Below, one piece after another: positions 13,176 to 26,829 of a DNA stretch of 64,000 nt. The stretch is taken from assembly GCA_012295275.1 (NCBI GenBank), contig CM022665.1, forward strand, positions 14,880,001 through 14,944,000, read 5' to 3'. This stretch comes from Chrysomallon squamiferum (taxonomy: Eukaryota; Animalia; Mollusca). How positions within the stretch are numbered: the first letter of the stretch is position 1; every line of letters starts with the position of its first letter. A model generated the notes under the pieces. It had not been told where the DNA came from and searched no databases. It saw only the letters and a program-made list of their open reading frames with translations. The translations under genes were made by a program, and so were the position numbers.

Positions 13176-14529
13176 ACAAAGTTAATCAGTTCCAATATTT
13201 CCATTTACTATTCTGCTTTCTACTCGCTGTATTTTTGTTGTTACTTAGTTAATCTATTTACTTACTTTAATCAGCACGCTCTTCTCGAGATTTTGTAAAG
13301 GATTCCGAATTACCGTTAAATTCTAATAAATGTTTTCAAAAGAAGAAGTTCGCTTTTTATCGATTTGAAACGCGTGTAATTAATGTTTTTTCTTTCAAAC
13401 AGCGCTGGTCATTTCGTTTTTAGAAAATTAATCAAGCAGGTATTAAATGCGAACAGTAAACATTGGAAATCAGGAAGTTCATCTTAAGTCCTTTAATATT
13501 AAACTTTGTTATTTAATATGCAACTGTATTAAAATTAATAATACATTATTGTCAAGTGTAAACTGTATGACGTCAAACCTACCTACGCTTCACGTTGACC
13601 GGAAAATGAAGTTTAAGTCAACAACTGGAAAAAAAAAAAAGATTACAATGATGGTGAGTTTGACAACTACGACTGCTTCAGCTGGGACTGTTTCTGCTGC
13701 TGCCATTACTACTGCCACTATAACTACTACTACTGGTACATTTACTATTACTACTTCTGATACAGTTACCACTGCTACTATTACTGCTACTTCTGCTATG
13801 TTGCTGCTAATATAATATTACTACTACTTCCACTACTCTTACTACTGCTACTGCTACAGTGCTACATCTAGAACTGCTGCTGTTACTACTACTTCTGCTA
13901 TTGTTATTAATGTTATTTTTGTACAAATGTATATGTAATTATGTATATGTGTCTGTATGTGCTATAACAACAACTATTACTTCAACGAGTACTATTACCT
14001 TTTCTACAACTACTGTACTATTACTACTTCTAGAATAAATACTAGTGCTATAGGTACTACAGCTATTACATCAACTATTAGTAGGACTACTAATATTATT
14101 ATTATTACGATGCCGACGATATCGTCTGCTGCTTCTACGAAATTGTTTGTTGTATTAACGTTACTATGACAACAACTACCAGTACTCCTAGGAGATGAAA
14201 ATGAATAAATGAATATAAAGATAAATGGATGGATGGATGAATGAATGAATGTTTTCGACATCTCAGCAAACTACTAAAAATATATAAAACCTTTTTTTAA
14301 TTAATTTAATTTTTTACCTTTCTGTTCTTTATTCTTTTTATATATATTTTTTTTTTTTCTTAATGTTATGTTTTGTTTTCACTGAATGTCTTTCAGTTGT
14401 CTCTATTTATTGCTTGTTCTTTCTTTCTTTCATTAAAGAAACTAATTAAAAATGTTTTGCTTCTGAACAATTAAATGAAATTTGTAGTCCTAGTTTTGAT
14501 TAGGAAGCACCGTAAGAAGAAAAAATGTG

Positions 14530-14660
14530 TCAGTTCAGATTAATTGAACGGTGACGAACTTTCTCATAAGAATTATTGAATTTGACGAAAATATTTCTAT
14601 TAAGAATTACTGAATTGTAACGAGAATATTTCTCTTAACAATTAATGAAGTGTGTCGTAG
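14530..14660. repeat. Degenerate ~34-bp tandem repeat x~4
   Basis: Recurring AATTA.TGAA.TG..ACGA.AATATTTCT..TAAG. Confidence 0.6.
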
Positions 14661-15645
14661 GAGCTCTGCAAAACCAAACATTCTGAAAGGGTTAGTGAAC
14701 TTTGACGTTATTCAAGAACTATTTAAGTATCATTTCGTATTTTTCTTTTGGAACAACGGAAGCGTGTCTTACTGTTATCTAAAGACGGCTTTGAGGTGAC
14801 GTGCTATCCCAGTGGGGAAAAAGAAAGATCACTGACGAATCATTGTGGAGGAACTGACGTGTAGCGTACTGCACGCATGTCTCAAAGGAACACGCCAGTA
14901 CGTTTTGCTTTCTCTTACAAAGGAGTTCTTGCCTGTACTGCGTGAACTGGTGACGAGTGACGACGTATTTCTCTAAGTAACTGTCAAGTACATCCACATA
15001 TCAATGTATATATGCATATAAATACATGTTAGTATATACATCCATCCATCCATCCATACATACATATACACATAGACATAATTTTATATACACACACACA
15101 CGTATATATATATATATATATACATACACACATACATATATACAGATACACACTCACATACATATACATACATATAAATATAAAGACACACAAGCATTCA
15201 CACATACATACATACACACACACATATATATCACACACACACAAACACACACTTACATACATTCACATAAACAGACATACATATAATGAATATACAGACA
15301 TTGATACATACAAACGAACATCTGTACATGTAATTAAAAGAACCAAAGCTGTTCCCAAGTCTGAGTCAGAAGTAACTGACCTTTTCTTTCACTTATCCCC
15401 GGAATTAACCACAAACACGCGATATTAACTCCACCATCATCTGGGGACACAGTGTCCAGATGACCTCACCAGTGACATCTCGACTTTCAAATCTCACACT
15501 GAAAAAAGAAAAAGAAAAAAGAAATAATAATTATAATAAAAAAAACAAAAAAAAACATCACATTATAAGAGTACTCTATCTTTTAACGTGAACTCCTGAA
15601 TCAATGGGTCTGTGAATTCTTTTTGATTAAAAGCAATAATATCTA

Positions 15646-15691
<46 letters not shown>

Positions 15692-15703
15692 ATTTTTAGT
15701 CCA

Positions 15704-15795
<92 letters not shown>

Positions 15796-15928
15796 AACGA
15801 TGATCAACAAGAAACCACGCGTCTTGCTTCCATAATGTAAATGAAGAAGAAGAAGAAAAAATGAATGAAAGAAAGAAAGAAGAAAAAGATGAAGAAGAGA
15901 AAAAAAAATTGAACATTTTATAAATTAT

Positions 15929-16294
15929 ATTAGACCAGAAGTTACTTTTCTAGATTTTTATTAATATGGAATATTCTAAACCGTAGTTAGGAAACTTCCT
16001 TAAATTACACATTTGTTTTTTTCTAACTTATCTTAGACTTTAAAATAATCAAAATCTTGTCTTAAATACCAGAAAGGGACAAAAAAAAAAAAAAAAAAAG
16101 ATAATAACATCCTTTACAACATATTTCTATTTCATCATATGTTTCAAAAATATGTTACTAAAAGAAAACAATTAAAACTGATTTTTAAAACCTTACCTCT
16201 CCGACAGAATTCTATTATGACGTCATTTTATTATTGGTTTAGTCTGTTTCTGAACTGACCAATGAAATTATACATCGTTATTTCGCTGACGTAA
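15929..16294 (+). repeat. Dispersed repeat, copy B
   Basis: Same-orientation homologue of 6271-6588, 9.7 kb downstream; flanks are not homologous. Confidence 0.8.
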
Positions 16295-17652
16295 TATGTC
16301 AGTAAACTACTAATAATATAAATATTACAAGTAATAAAAATAAACAAATAGACAATTAAATAAATGAATAAATAAATAAATAAATAATACTCTTTTGCTG
16401 TCGCATCAGACAGTAATTATATACAGGGCTAATTTTACAACTTTGTAATTATGGCAAAATAGACCTCTGAAATTTTATAAAATAAATTAAAATGTTACCT
16501 ATCTGCAAATCATTTCTCTTACTGCAATTATTACACTATGGTTATGCTGATACTACAATAATACACTAAAGCTGCTATTAAAATTACGGTTATGATTACT
16601 GGCATTAAAATTAATACTACTATTGCCACTATTTCCATTATGAGTTTATAATTTAGTTGTTGCCATCGTTGTTTGTGCTGTTATTAATGCATTACAATAT
16701 TGATTGCGTTATACAATTATTATCATTATTGTGACTGATGTTACTACTACTACTACTACTACTACTACTATTGTTGCTTAAACAACAACAACTTTTATTA
16801 TTATTACTATAAATCTTTCCAGCTACTATTGCCAATTCCATTGCTACCACAACTTCTCTTATTACTACTGCTACTGTTACTGCTACTGCCACTGCTACTG
16901 CTACCACTACTGCTACTGCTACTACTACTACCACCACTATTACTACTACTACTATCCGAATCAGTCACTACGACAGCCACCGATACAACAACTATTGGTA
17001 ATCACGGATGGCAACGACCATTGAAACCAAATACTTCCCATCTTGAAACGGATCTGTCGAGTGACGTCCATATTTGATAGATTTTTTTTTTTTTTTTTGT
17101 TCCAAAGCGAATGTCCATGTTAACGATTTTCAGCCGTGGAATAATTGTCAATGGAACATGATATATGAAATGTTAGTTTTTCTGACACGATGCGTAAGAG
17201 GTAAATGAGGTCGTTATATGGATGTGCATACTACCATTAAAACACAACAGAGGTTGTTATCGATGTAGCTGTTTGAAATGTAGGGAGAAAGAAAGGGAGA
17301 AGAAAAGAAGAAGAAGAAGACATAAGAAGAAAGCAAAAATAAAGAAGAAGAAATAAAACATGAACAGAAAATGAAACGAAATCAATCAGCCACTGCCTGA
17401 AAACTAGTTATGGTTAAAGCAGATTTACAGATGAACAAACATATACGCATAACACACACGCGCCCAGATAACCAATATAAAGTCAAACAAATGGACTCTT
17501 TTAACAAACATCGATATACACAAAAATATAAATGTACACATGCGCATATAGAAACACAGCTACAAGTCTGCTGACATATATACACACAGGGATATAATTA
17601 TAGATGCATACACACACAGTTAAATTCTAGAGTTTAGATACATATACATAAA

Positions 17653-18050
17653 CATACATCACCGTACACAAAAACATATACACATACATGTACATACATC
17701 ACCGTACACAAAAACGTATACACATACATATACATACATCACCGTACATAAAAATGTATACACATACATATACATACATCACTGTACACAAAAACGTATA
17801 CACATACATATACATTCATCACTGTACATAAAAACATATACACATACATACATCCATATACATACATCACTGTACACAAAAACGTATACACATACATATA
17901 CATACATCACTATACACAAAAACGTATACACATACATACATCACTGTTCACAAAAACATATACACATACATACATACGTATACATACATCACTGTACATA
18001 AAAACATATACACATATATACATACATATACATACATCACCGTACACAAA
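17653..18050. repeat. ~40-bp minisatellite (CATACATCACCGTACACAAAAACGTATACACATACATATA) x~10
   Basis: Units start at 17653, 17693, 17733, 17773 and 17813; later units carry CATA indels. Confidence 0.93.
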
Positions 18051-18826
18051 AGAAGAAGAAAATTACACACACACACAAATACAATGTACATACAAAACTC
18101 ATATCCAGCTACTGTTTACTCAAGCATGCTTTCATGTGAATTAAATCGGTTAGAGTGAAAGCAGCAGCTGTTACATCACAATCTACTCATTATATCGATC
18201 AGCAGCAAATACGCTTTTACTGAAAAAAGGTTAAATGGGCACACACATATTCCATGTAGAACTTTGTCTATACAGGGCAATAACTGACTGAACCCAACTG
18301 AATGTTGAGAAACCCGCTGTAACAAACAAAAATTAACTACTACTACTACCTCTGCTGCTGCTGCTGCTACTGCTGTTACTACTATTACTACTACTTCTGC
18401 TGCTTTTGCTACTACTATTAATATCAATACTACTATTGTACTAGTCCTACCACTTCTATTACTACCTCTACTACTACTAATACTACTGCAATTAATATTA
18501 CTATACTATTATTATTATTACTACTAATACTACTGTTACTGTTATTTATACTATTGCTACTATTACTATAGGTACTGATATTACTGTTACTACAACTATT
18601 ATTACAACTACTAATACTACTGTCATAACTTCTTCTTCTACCTACAATTACTTCTATTATTGCTACAGCTTCAACTAGCTATCAACATTATTACTACTAC
18701 TGTTACATACCTCTGCTACCACCATCACCAACATTACCACCACTAATACTACCAGTACAACTAACTACTGCTATTACTACCATTTTTAACTGCTACTACT
18801 ACTACTATTACTACTACTATTACTAT

Positions 18827-18860
<34 letters not shown>

Positions 18861-19099
18861 GCTACTACTACTACTACTACTACTACTGCTGCTACCACTA
18901 CTATCACCACTTGTACTACTACTACTAATAATGGTTCTGTTGCATACTATCCATTAATACCGTTGCACTTTCTGCTATTTCTATCATTGCTGTAATGGCT
19001 ACAATATTTAAATATAAAACAATGATTGCAACTTTTGTCTTTATATTTATTTTTTTTTTTTTTTTTTATTTAACACGTAATAATATAAATTTTGAAGTT

Positions 19100-19217
<118 letters not shown>

Positions 19218-19900
19218 ATTAATAATAATAATGATGGTGATGATGATGATAAATCTTCTATAAGTATTACCATCAGCTGATTCTATAGCCTGTCATTACG
19301 ATTAATCGTTTGTCGTGCATGACGCATTGTTCTCAGTTTATGAAGCGTACAGAAAACACTTTGTCGATCCATTATAAATGAAAGTTTAAAGCGATCTGTC
19401 CCCGCTGTATTTGAATCACTAATAGCACTTACAAGAGACTGTCATTTTTCAAACACGAGGAACCGTGAAAAAAAAAAATATATATATATATATATGTGTA
19501 TGTATTTTGTGTGCTTTCACGGCGTGACCTCATCAGGTAAAGCTGCTTTTGAATGAGGTGAATAAAGGACGTTGTAACAGCATTAATACTTACTTTTTTC
19601 AAAAAAAACCCACAAAAAACAACAAACAACCTTTGTGATAACAAACTTAAAACATTTAATATTAAAATGGAACATATGTATATGTATATATATATTTAAT
19701 TTTTTGCGCACCGTCCAAATTTGTAAGTGTGTTTGTAGGTGTAGGTGTACATGTCTGAGCGTGCGTGCCTGTGAGTGTGCGTATGTGTGTATTTTTAAAA
19801 TGGCATAAAAAATGTGTGTTGTATGTCCGATTGGTGGTGGTATACGTGCTTAGGAATCAGAATGTTTGTTTGTGTGAAACAGACAGACAGACAGACAGAC

Positions 19901-19992
<92 letters not shown>

Positions 19993-20009
19993 ATGTGTTT
20001 GCTCTTATT

Positions 20010-20046
<37 letters not shown>

Positions 20047-20622
20047 AAATGTGAAGGTAATGATAACAGTTATAGAGATGTATGTTGGTCTCTGTGTATA
20101 CATACATGTATAGATACATATAAGACAACACCAACCTACCCAGAAATTGACCAAAGGAAGAAAAAACTTGGCACTATAAGAAGCACATGCAAGGCGAATT
20201 ATCTGCAGTCTTGAGGGAAAACTGCTGATGGATAATTACATCGTACATGCAAATCATGATGCAGAAGTGAACTCATTTGTGAAGAAGTATGCATTATATT
20301 GCAGTGGCCACAATCACCAGGGGCTGACCGCAAAGTGATGTAGCTGCTCTCCAGAGGCGCAGGTTTGAACGTATTTATTTGTACGTACGTACGTCTATGA
20401 GTATGTGTGTGAGTCTTTGCCAATCCTTTTATTTCTGTTTTCGTCTTCCTCTCTGAGTTTGTCCGTCTGTCTGTGTCTTTCTCTCGTCCTCTGTCCTAAT
20501 TTTCTTTCTTTTTTCCTTCCTTTTTCTTTCTTCTTTTCATCCTCCTCCTCCTCGCTCTATCCCTTAGATTCATCATCATCATCATAGTCCTCATCATATT
20601 ATTATTATTTATTGATTTATTT

Positions 20623-20711
<89 letters not shown>

Positions 20712-20813
20712 TGTTATTATTACTATTATTATTACTATTATTATTTCACATGCAACTACGAGAGTTGTATGGTTTGTTTTCATTTCCTCCTCCTCTTTAC
20801 TCTACCTCTCCTA

Positions 20814-20854
<41 letters not shown>

Positions 20855-21540
20855 TCTGATCGTCTTTTATTTATCTTCCTACTACAATTTTTTTTTTTTT
20901 TTTTTTTTATTATTATTATACATTTTAATCATTGTAATTATTATTCTGCACGCGACAACGCGCTATGTCTGGTTTGTACAGTTTCAACACGATACCATCC
21001 CACATTCACATTTGATCCTTTTTGACTTAGTCTTTATCTAAAATGACTGTACGTGACGGTGTGTATGACGTTTCCAACAGCCATAAAGCCTGCTGATTTC
21101 CCTTGCGATATTCTCTATCGACTCCTACATATTGTCGCGTGTCACATGAAGTCGGTACTGGTGGTAAATTAATCTAAAAAGTCAGCTTATGTTATTCTTT
21201 AGTCTCCTCGGGTTTTTCTCTATATTTTCTTTCTGTCTGTATTATCGTATTTGTCTTACTTTGTTCTTGTAAATTCTACTTTTTAATTTAAGTTTATTTT
21301 ACAATTTAAAAAACCAGTTTCTTTAGTATCATCAACTTTTGGATTTTGTTATTATCGTTATATTTATTGTTCGACTTTTATCTTCCGGTTATTTCTTATT
21401 ATCATCATCATAATATTTTCATTAATTACACTTATCCTATCATCATCGTCATCATCATTATATTATTATTATTATCATCATCATCATCAGAACATGATTA
21501 TAATCTTCATCCATATCATCATCGTCTTCATATTATTATT

Positions 21541-21578
<38 letters not shown>

Positions 21579-21903
21579 TATCGTTATTTTTATTATGACT
21601 GTTGTTGTTGTTGTAATTCTTGTTGTTATTTAAAACTTAATCTTTATCCTTAATCTTATATGTCTGTGTTTTTAAAGACATTTATTTCGATTTTATTTAC
21701 TTATTTAGTTGTCATTTTTTTCATTATTCAGACTTTTTAATTATTATTCTTGCCTTTTTAATAAATATTCCATAGGAAAAAAAAAAAAAAATTCCAAGAG
21801 ATAAAAAAAATAAAGAAGAAGAAAATTTATGATTAAAAACTATAAACAACTTGATGAATTTTCCTCTTTATGAATTTATTATTACTCTAATCGTCATCAT
21901 CTA

Positions 21904-21942
<39 letters not shown>

Positions 21943-22618
21943 GTGATTGTTGTCGTCGTCGTCGTCGTTGTTTAAATTATCATCAAACATCATCATCATC
22001 TAATTATTATTATTGATGTCTTTGTTTTTGTTGGCGTCACTGTTGATAATATCATCAATCATCATCATAATTATTATTACTGTTTTTGTTATTATTATTA
22101 TCATTAATGTTATTGCTGCTGTTATTACTATTATTATTGTTATTATTTTTTTTGTTGTTGCTATTGTTATTATTATTTTATTATTTTTGTTGTTGCTATT
22201 ATTATTATTATTACTATTATTATTATCACAGTCATCATCATTATCATCATCATCATCATCATCAATATCGTTACTTATTCATTGTTTTAGGTCATAATTA
22301 TATATTTTTTATTATTATTAAATAATCTAGCACGTTTTAAATTCTGAAATGTTTGGTAAACTGCCGGATGTGTTTACGCGAGAGGGAAAAGTGATATTTT
22401 TATCATCAGTCCTACACAGAATCACCCACACGTTTTCATCTCTAAAAAAAAAAAAAAAGAAAAAGAAAGAAAATCGTTCAAATGCATGATGAGATTTTTA
22501 TTTGATGTTATTTTTGCGAATTAGTGGTTGTTTTTCTGCAAGAAAAAAAAATTGGTCTGAATTCAGTTTAAATTAATTACGTTATCTAACTGTGCATACA
22601 AAAAAATAATAATAATAA

Positions 22619-22657
<39 letters not shown>

Positions 22658-23239
22658 ACAAATAAATAAATAAAAAAAGGCGTTCAATTCAAATATAAAT
22701 TTATAGTCAAAAAAAAAAAATTTAGGTTTTATCCCGTTCTAACCAAGACTTCGGGTATTGTAAAGACAAGAAGAAATAAGTTAATTACTGATTTTCAGAA
22801 AAGAAGTAAGTAATCATATATGATAAAATTATCGAACACGTTTCTAAAAACAATTCTTATGGATAAAAGAAATAATAATAATAATAAGTACTGAAACAAC
22901 AGGCGTACATATGTTGGACGAACGAACTGAAGAAAAAACATTACCACGCTATTTTATGACAACAAGTTTAAAAACACTTGATTAAAAATTCTGTCTATAG
23001 CCCAAAGCCGTTTTATTTGTTCTTTTTCAAGCTTTCTTAGCCACGTTTGACATAAGATTCTTTCTCTTACAGCTAAAAAATCTTTCTTTTCTATTTCGTT
23101 TTTTTTATTTTATTTTATTTTATTTTATTGTTGTTGTTGTTGTGACTGTTACGTGTTATTAATATTCATATTGTTATTGTTGTTATTATTACTGCTGCGG
23201 TTAATGTTATTATTTTATTTATTTATTTTATTTTATTTT

Positions 23240-23434
23240 ATTTTATTTTATTTTATTTTAATATTTATTTATATATTTATTTTATGTTCCAAATGTATTT
23301 ATTTTATTTTATTAAGTCTGTCTATCTATTTATTTATTTATTTTATTTTACTTTATTTTATTTTAATATTTATTTATATATCTATTTTATGTTCTAAATG
23401 TATTTATTTTATTTTATTAAGTCTGTCTATCTAT

Positions 23435-23450
<16 letters not shown>
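23240..23450. repeat. 105-bp tandem duplication within AT-rich microsatellite
   Basis: GTTC.AAATGTATTTATTTTATTTTATTAAGTCTGTCTATCTATTT occurs at 23286 and 23391. Confidence 0.85.
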
Positions 23451-23471
<21 letters not shown>

Positions 23472-24961
23472 AATCTTTTTTACCCTCCGTTAACGCAAAA
23501 TATGAATACTTCTTATTAGTATGGATGAGGTAAGAGTGTAATACGAAGAGTGGTCTGAAGAAAGATAACGCCGCATCAAGTGCAAATGAATTTCTGCAGT
23601 GACCAGAAAACTGGAAACTTTTCGCAGCTACACAAAGAAGAAGAAGAAAAAAAAAGGGTAATGAAAAGGAAGAAAAAACGTCAGAATGTCACAGTACAGT
23701 TTGAAGAGTACTTTACGTCTTTTTGTGGTCGTTCACCTTGATTCAGACAGTGTTTTTTTTAATCATTTATTTCTTATGGAATTCTGCATACTAAAAGTAA
23801 AATGAATAGAATCTGAGTTAATTTGTGGATGTTTGTTTAATTTTTAATTTTTTTAATGAATGAATTATTTATTTTCTTTTAATCTAAAAAAAAAAATAAA
23901 TAAATAAATAAAATAAAAAGATATATAATTATTTCACAAATTTTCACATTATAAATATTAATATAATTACGAACCAATAATGGTAGATTGTTGTCGATTT
24001 ATAATTAAAAAAATTAATAATAAAAAAAAAGAAAAATAAAAAAGAAAGAGAGAAAAAAGGAAAGAAAATGGAGGCCAGAGGCACTCATATTGTATCCGCA
24101 TTTCAACACCGCCACAATGACTTTCTAGACTGGTTTTGTTGTAACTGAAGAACCGACGACCCGAACATGCTAGGTAACAGAGACGAAAATAATTCCAGTT
24201 TCCTCATTTAATGGTTACAACATTATATGCCCAGTAATCAAAATATCTCTAATCAGCTGTCAAATTCGACTACACAAGTAATTATGATTAGAAAGGAAAC
24301 GAGGAGTAACATTATATTCCATTAGATTCTCTAACCAAATTAAGCCAACTAGTCCCCAAGACTTTTGTACTGGTCACTGCCCTGAAAACCGAAACCAGTC
24401 GATGAAACATAAAGGCTCGAGAAAGAAGGAAAAGGGGGAAAAAAAAAAAAAATCAAATTACTAGGGGGGGGGGAAGAAAAAGTGAGCAAAAAATATATAA
24501 ATTAATAAGGTTTGCAACCATTACCTTATTATCGTTTGCTTGGCTTCTGCTAGCCAAAAATATCGTGAATAACGGACATTTTATAGGGGGAAAAGTTGAT
24601 ATATTATTACTCGGTATTTAAGAATAAAATTGTTGGATCAGTTTTGGACTTTTTTCTCTCGCGTTAATTATTTTAATTTGTAATAGGTCTTAATATATAA
24701 CTGAAATTTAGCGAAAACGGTATGTGAGGTTTTTATAAACATTTTGTTGTATTGTAGATAATTATTTTGTTCTTCGTTCAAAATCGTCGGCCTTAGAAGT
24801 GTCTGGTGGTGATAACTAACGAGATTTTGCATACTCACTAATAATTGTTTTATTTGGTCCCAAAGACCAGGCATTCTTCTTTTTCTTCTGTTTCTTCTTT
24901 TTTAATTTCTCTTGATGTCAGCTATCAAACTGACAACAAGGAAACATTTTGAAATATTAAA

Positions 24962-25013
<52 letters not shown>

Positions 25014-26812
25014 GTAATAATAGTAGTAATAATAATAAGTAAAATAAAGCAAAAAGTAAAACTAGTACACTGGAACTTGTACAGCAGACTAAAAAACAAC
25101 AACAAAACCCACCCCCAAACAAATGACAGCCTAGACAACACGAGTTGAACCTAAGTGGGATTTGGCGTTTTGTTATAAATGTTTCTTTTAATATATTTTA
25201 GTAATTTACTTGGTCTACTGATAACAAAAGACAAACTGAGGACAGGAAACTAAAAAGACGAGATGTGACATACAAAAAACCTCAACCAGTCATTTCACAG
25301 ACGTCCCCAGCTGTCATCACTGTAAATACATAATGAAGAATAATACGAAGAATGGAAGATCGATAAAGGCGTAAAAAAAAGAACTAAAAAGGATAACGAT
25401 GTGAAAAACGAAATAATTAAAATATTAATTAATGGTATTATTTCTTATCTGTCTTGTGGAATAGTTTACTAGAGTACCCGTTTCAAACTTAACCTACTCA
25501 CTGCAAAATTTATTATCTTCATCTTGGTTTTTCTATTTATTCATTACATTATTCAAAAATTATTGTATAACTGTCCAAATGTCATTTAGTGTTATCTGAA
25601 AAAGAAAGCGTCGAACCCAACACATACGCTATGACGTCACAACTCCGGTTGTGAAGGGGTAAAATGGCGGCGTTCTGATTTTTTGTAACTGTGTTATTGT
25701 ATTGTCATAGTTTCTTATGAGCGATAATAGGTTGCGCAAAACGGTAAGATAGTAACTTGAAGATATAAATAATTTTATTCGACTATTTATTCCTACCACC
25801 ACAGGTACATTTTACAGGGGTTTTGGTTGTGGTGGTGGGGGATTGTTGGGGTTTTTACCCCAATCCAGTCTACATAGGAGCTTACCAAAACCACAGCATT
25901 CAACTTTACACGCGGACTCGGATTTAGTACAATTCTTACAGAGCTGTAAAATAATTAGATTGGCTTCCAGATACGACGACGAGCCCATTCCCACGTGGAC
26001 GGAAATTCTCCGATCTATGAAATCGAATTCTTTTTCTTTAGCAGCGTCATTTTATTCTTTCATTTGAATATGGGTGAATCTAGTGGCTATCGCAGGGATA
26101 GATGAGTGTCGTACGTGAATACAGTGCACAGAAAGTTTCGACACCCTCTAAAAAAAATCACTGGATTAGCCTTACTGTTTTCTACTTCTTCTCCTTTTTT
26201 TTTTTTTTTTTTTCAATGTAACGTCTGCTAGAAGCTACGAAAACAAAATTAAATAAAATCCAAAACTGCTTATTTAGCATTTTAAAAATCTGAGAAAAGA
26301 AAAAAAAAAAAACGTATAAATTATGATTCTTGAATAAATCTAATTTTACATACATGCATATATACATACATACATACATAGATGCAAACATACATTCGTA
26401 CATAAATACAAAAACACACACACACACACACACAAACATACATACATACTTATATAAATAGATTTATACATGCACATAGACATAGACACACACATACTCA
26501 AATATTTTAAGAATAGGATATAATCGTAAAACTGTGATCGTTTGAATTTATTTAAAGTTAAGAAAAGAAAATATCTTTTGTACTTCTACTTGTGGCCTAC
26601 TAATTACTAACGGGCCTGTACACTATCTTCTTAATAACGTTTGATTAACACACTTCGCTGCAACAGTAATTGGTATCGCACTCACTGGCGTTCTTTCTAA
26701 AAATATTATATGTCATTAGACAATTTCTCTTTGAAACTACGCTCAAGTGAAGTGAAGTGCAGTACAAATCGACTGGTACTCGCTGCAGGTACTTTGCAGT
26801 GACGTCATGATG

Positions 26813-26829
26813 TGCTGCCCCCTGGCGAC
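26813..26829 (-). promoter_or_regulatory. CTCF-like motif adjacent to a CRE
   Basis: Minus strand GTCGCCAGGGGGCAGCA versus consensus CCRCYAGRKGGCRS; TGACGTCA at 26800-26807. Confidence 0.45.

Noticed and set aside
7880-18316. Possible minus-strand non-coding exons (8056-7880; acceptor at 18317)
   Set aside because: Splice-like signals only; such signals are frequent by chance in AT-rich DNA and there is no coding or homology support.
26120-26148. TA-CAGTGCACAGAAAGTTTCGACACCC, Tc1-like terminus
   Set aside because: No matching inverted partner seen in the window.
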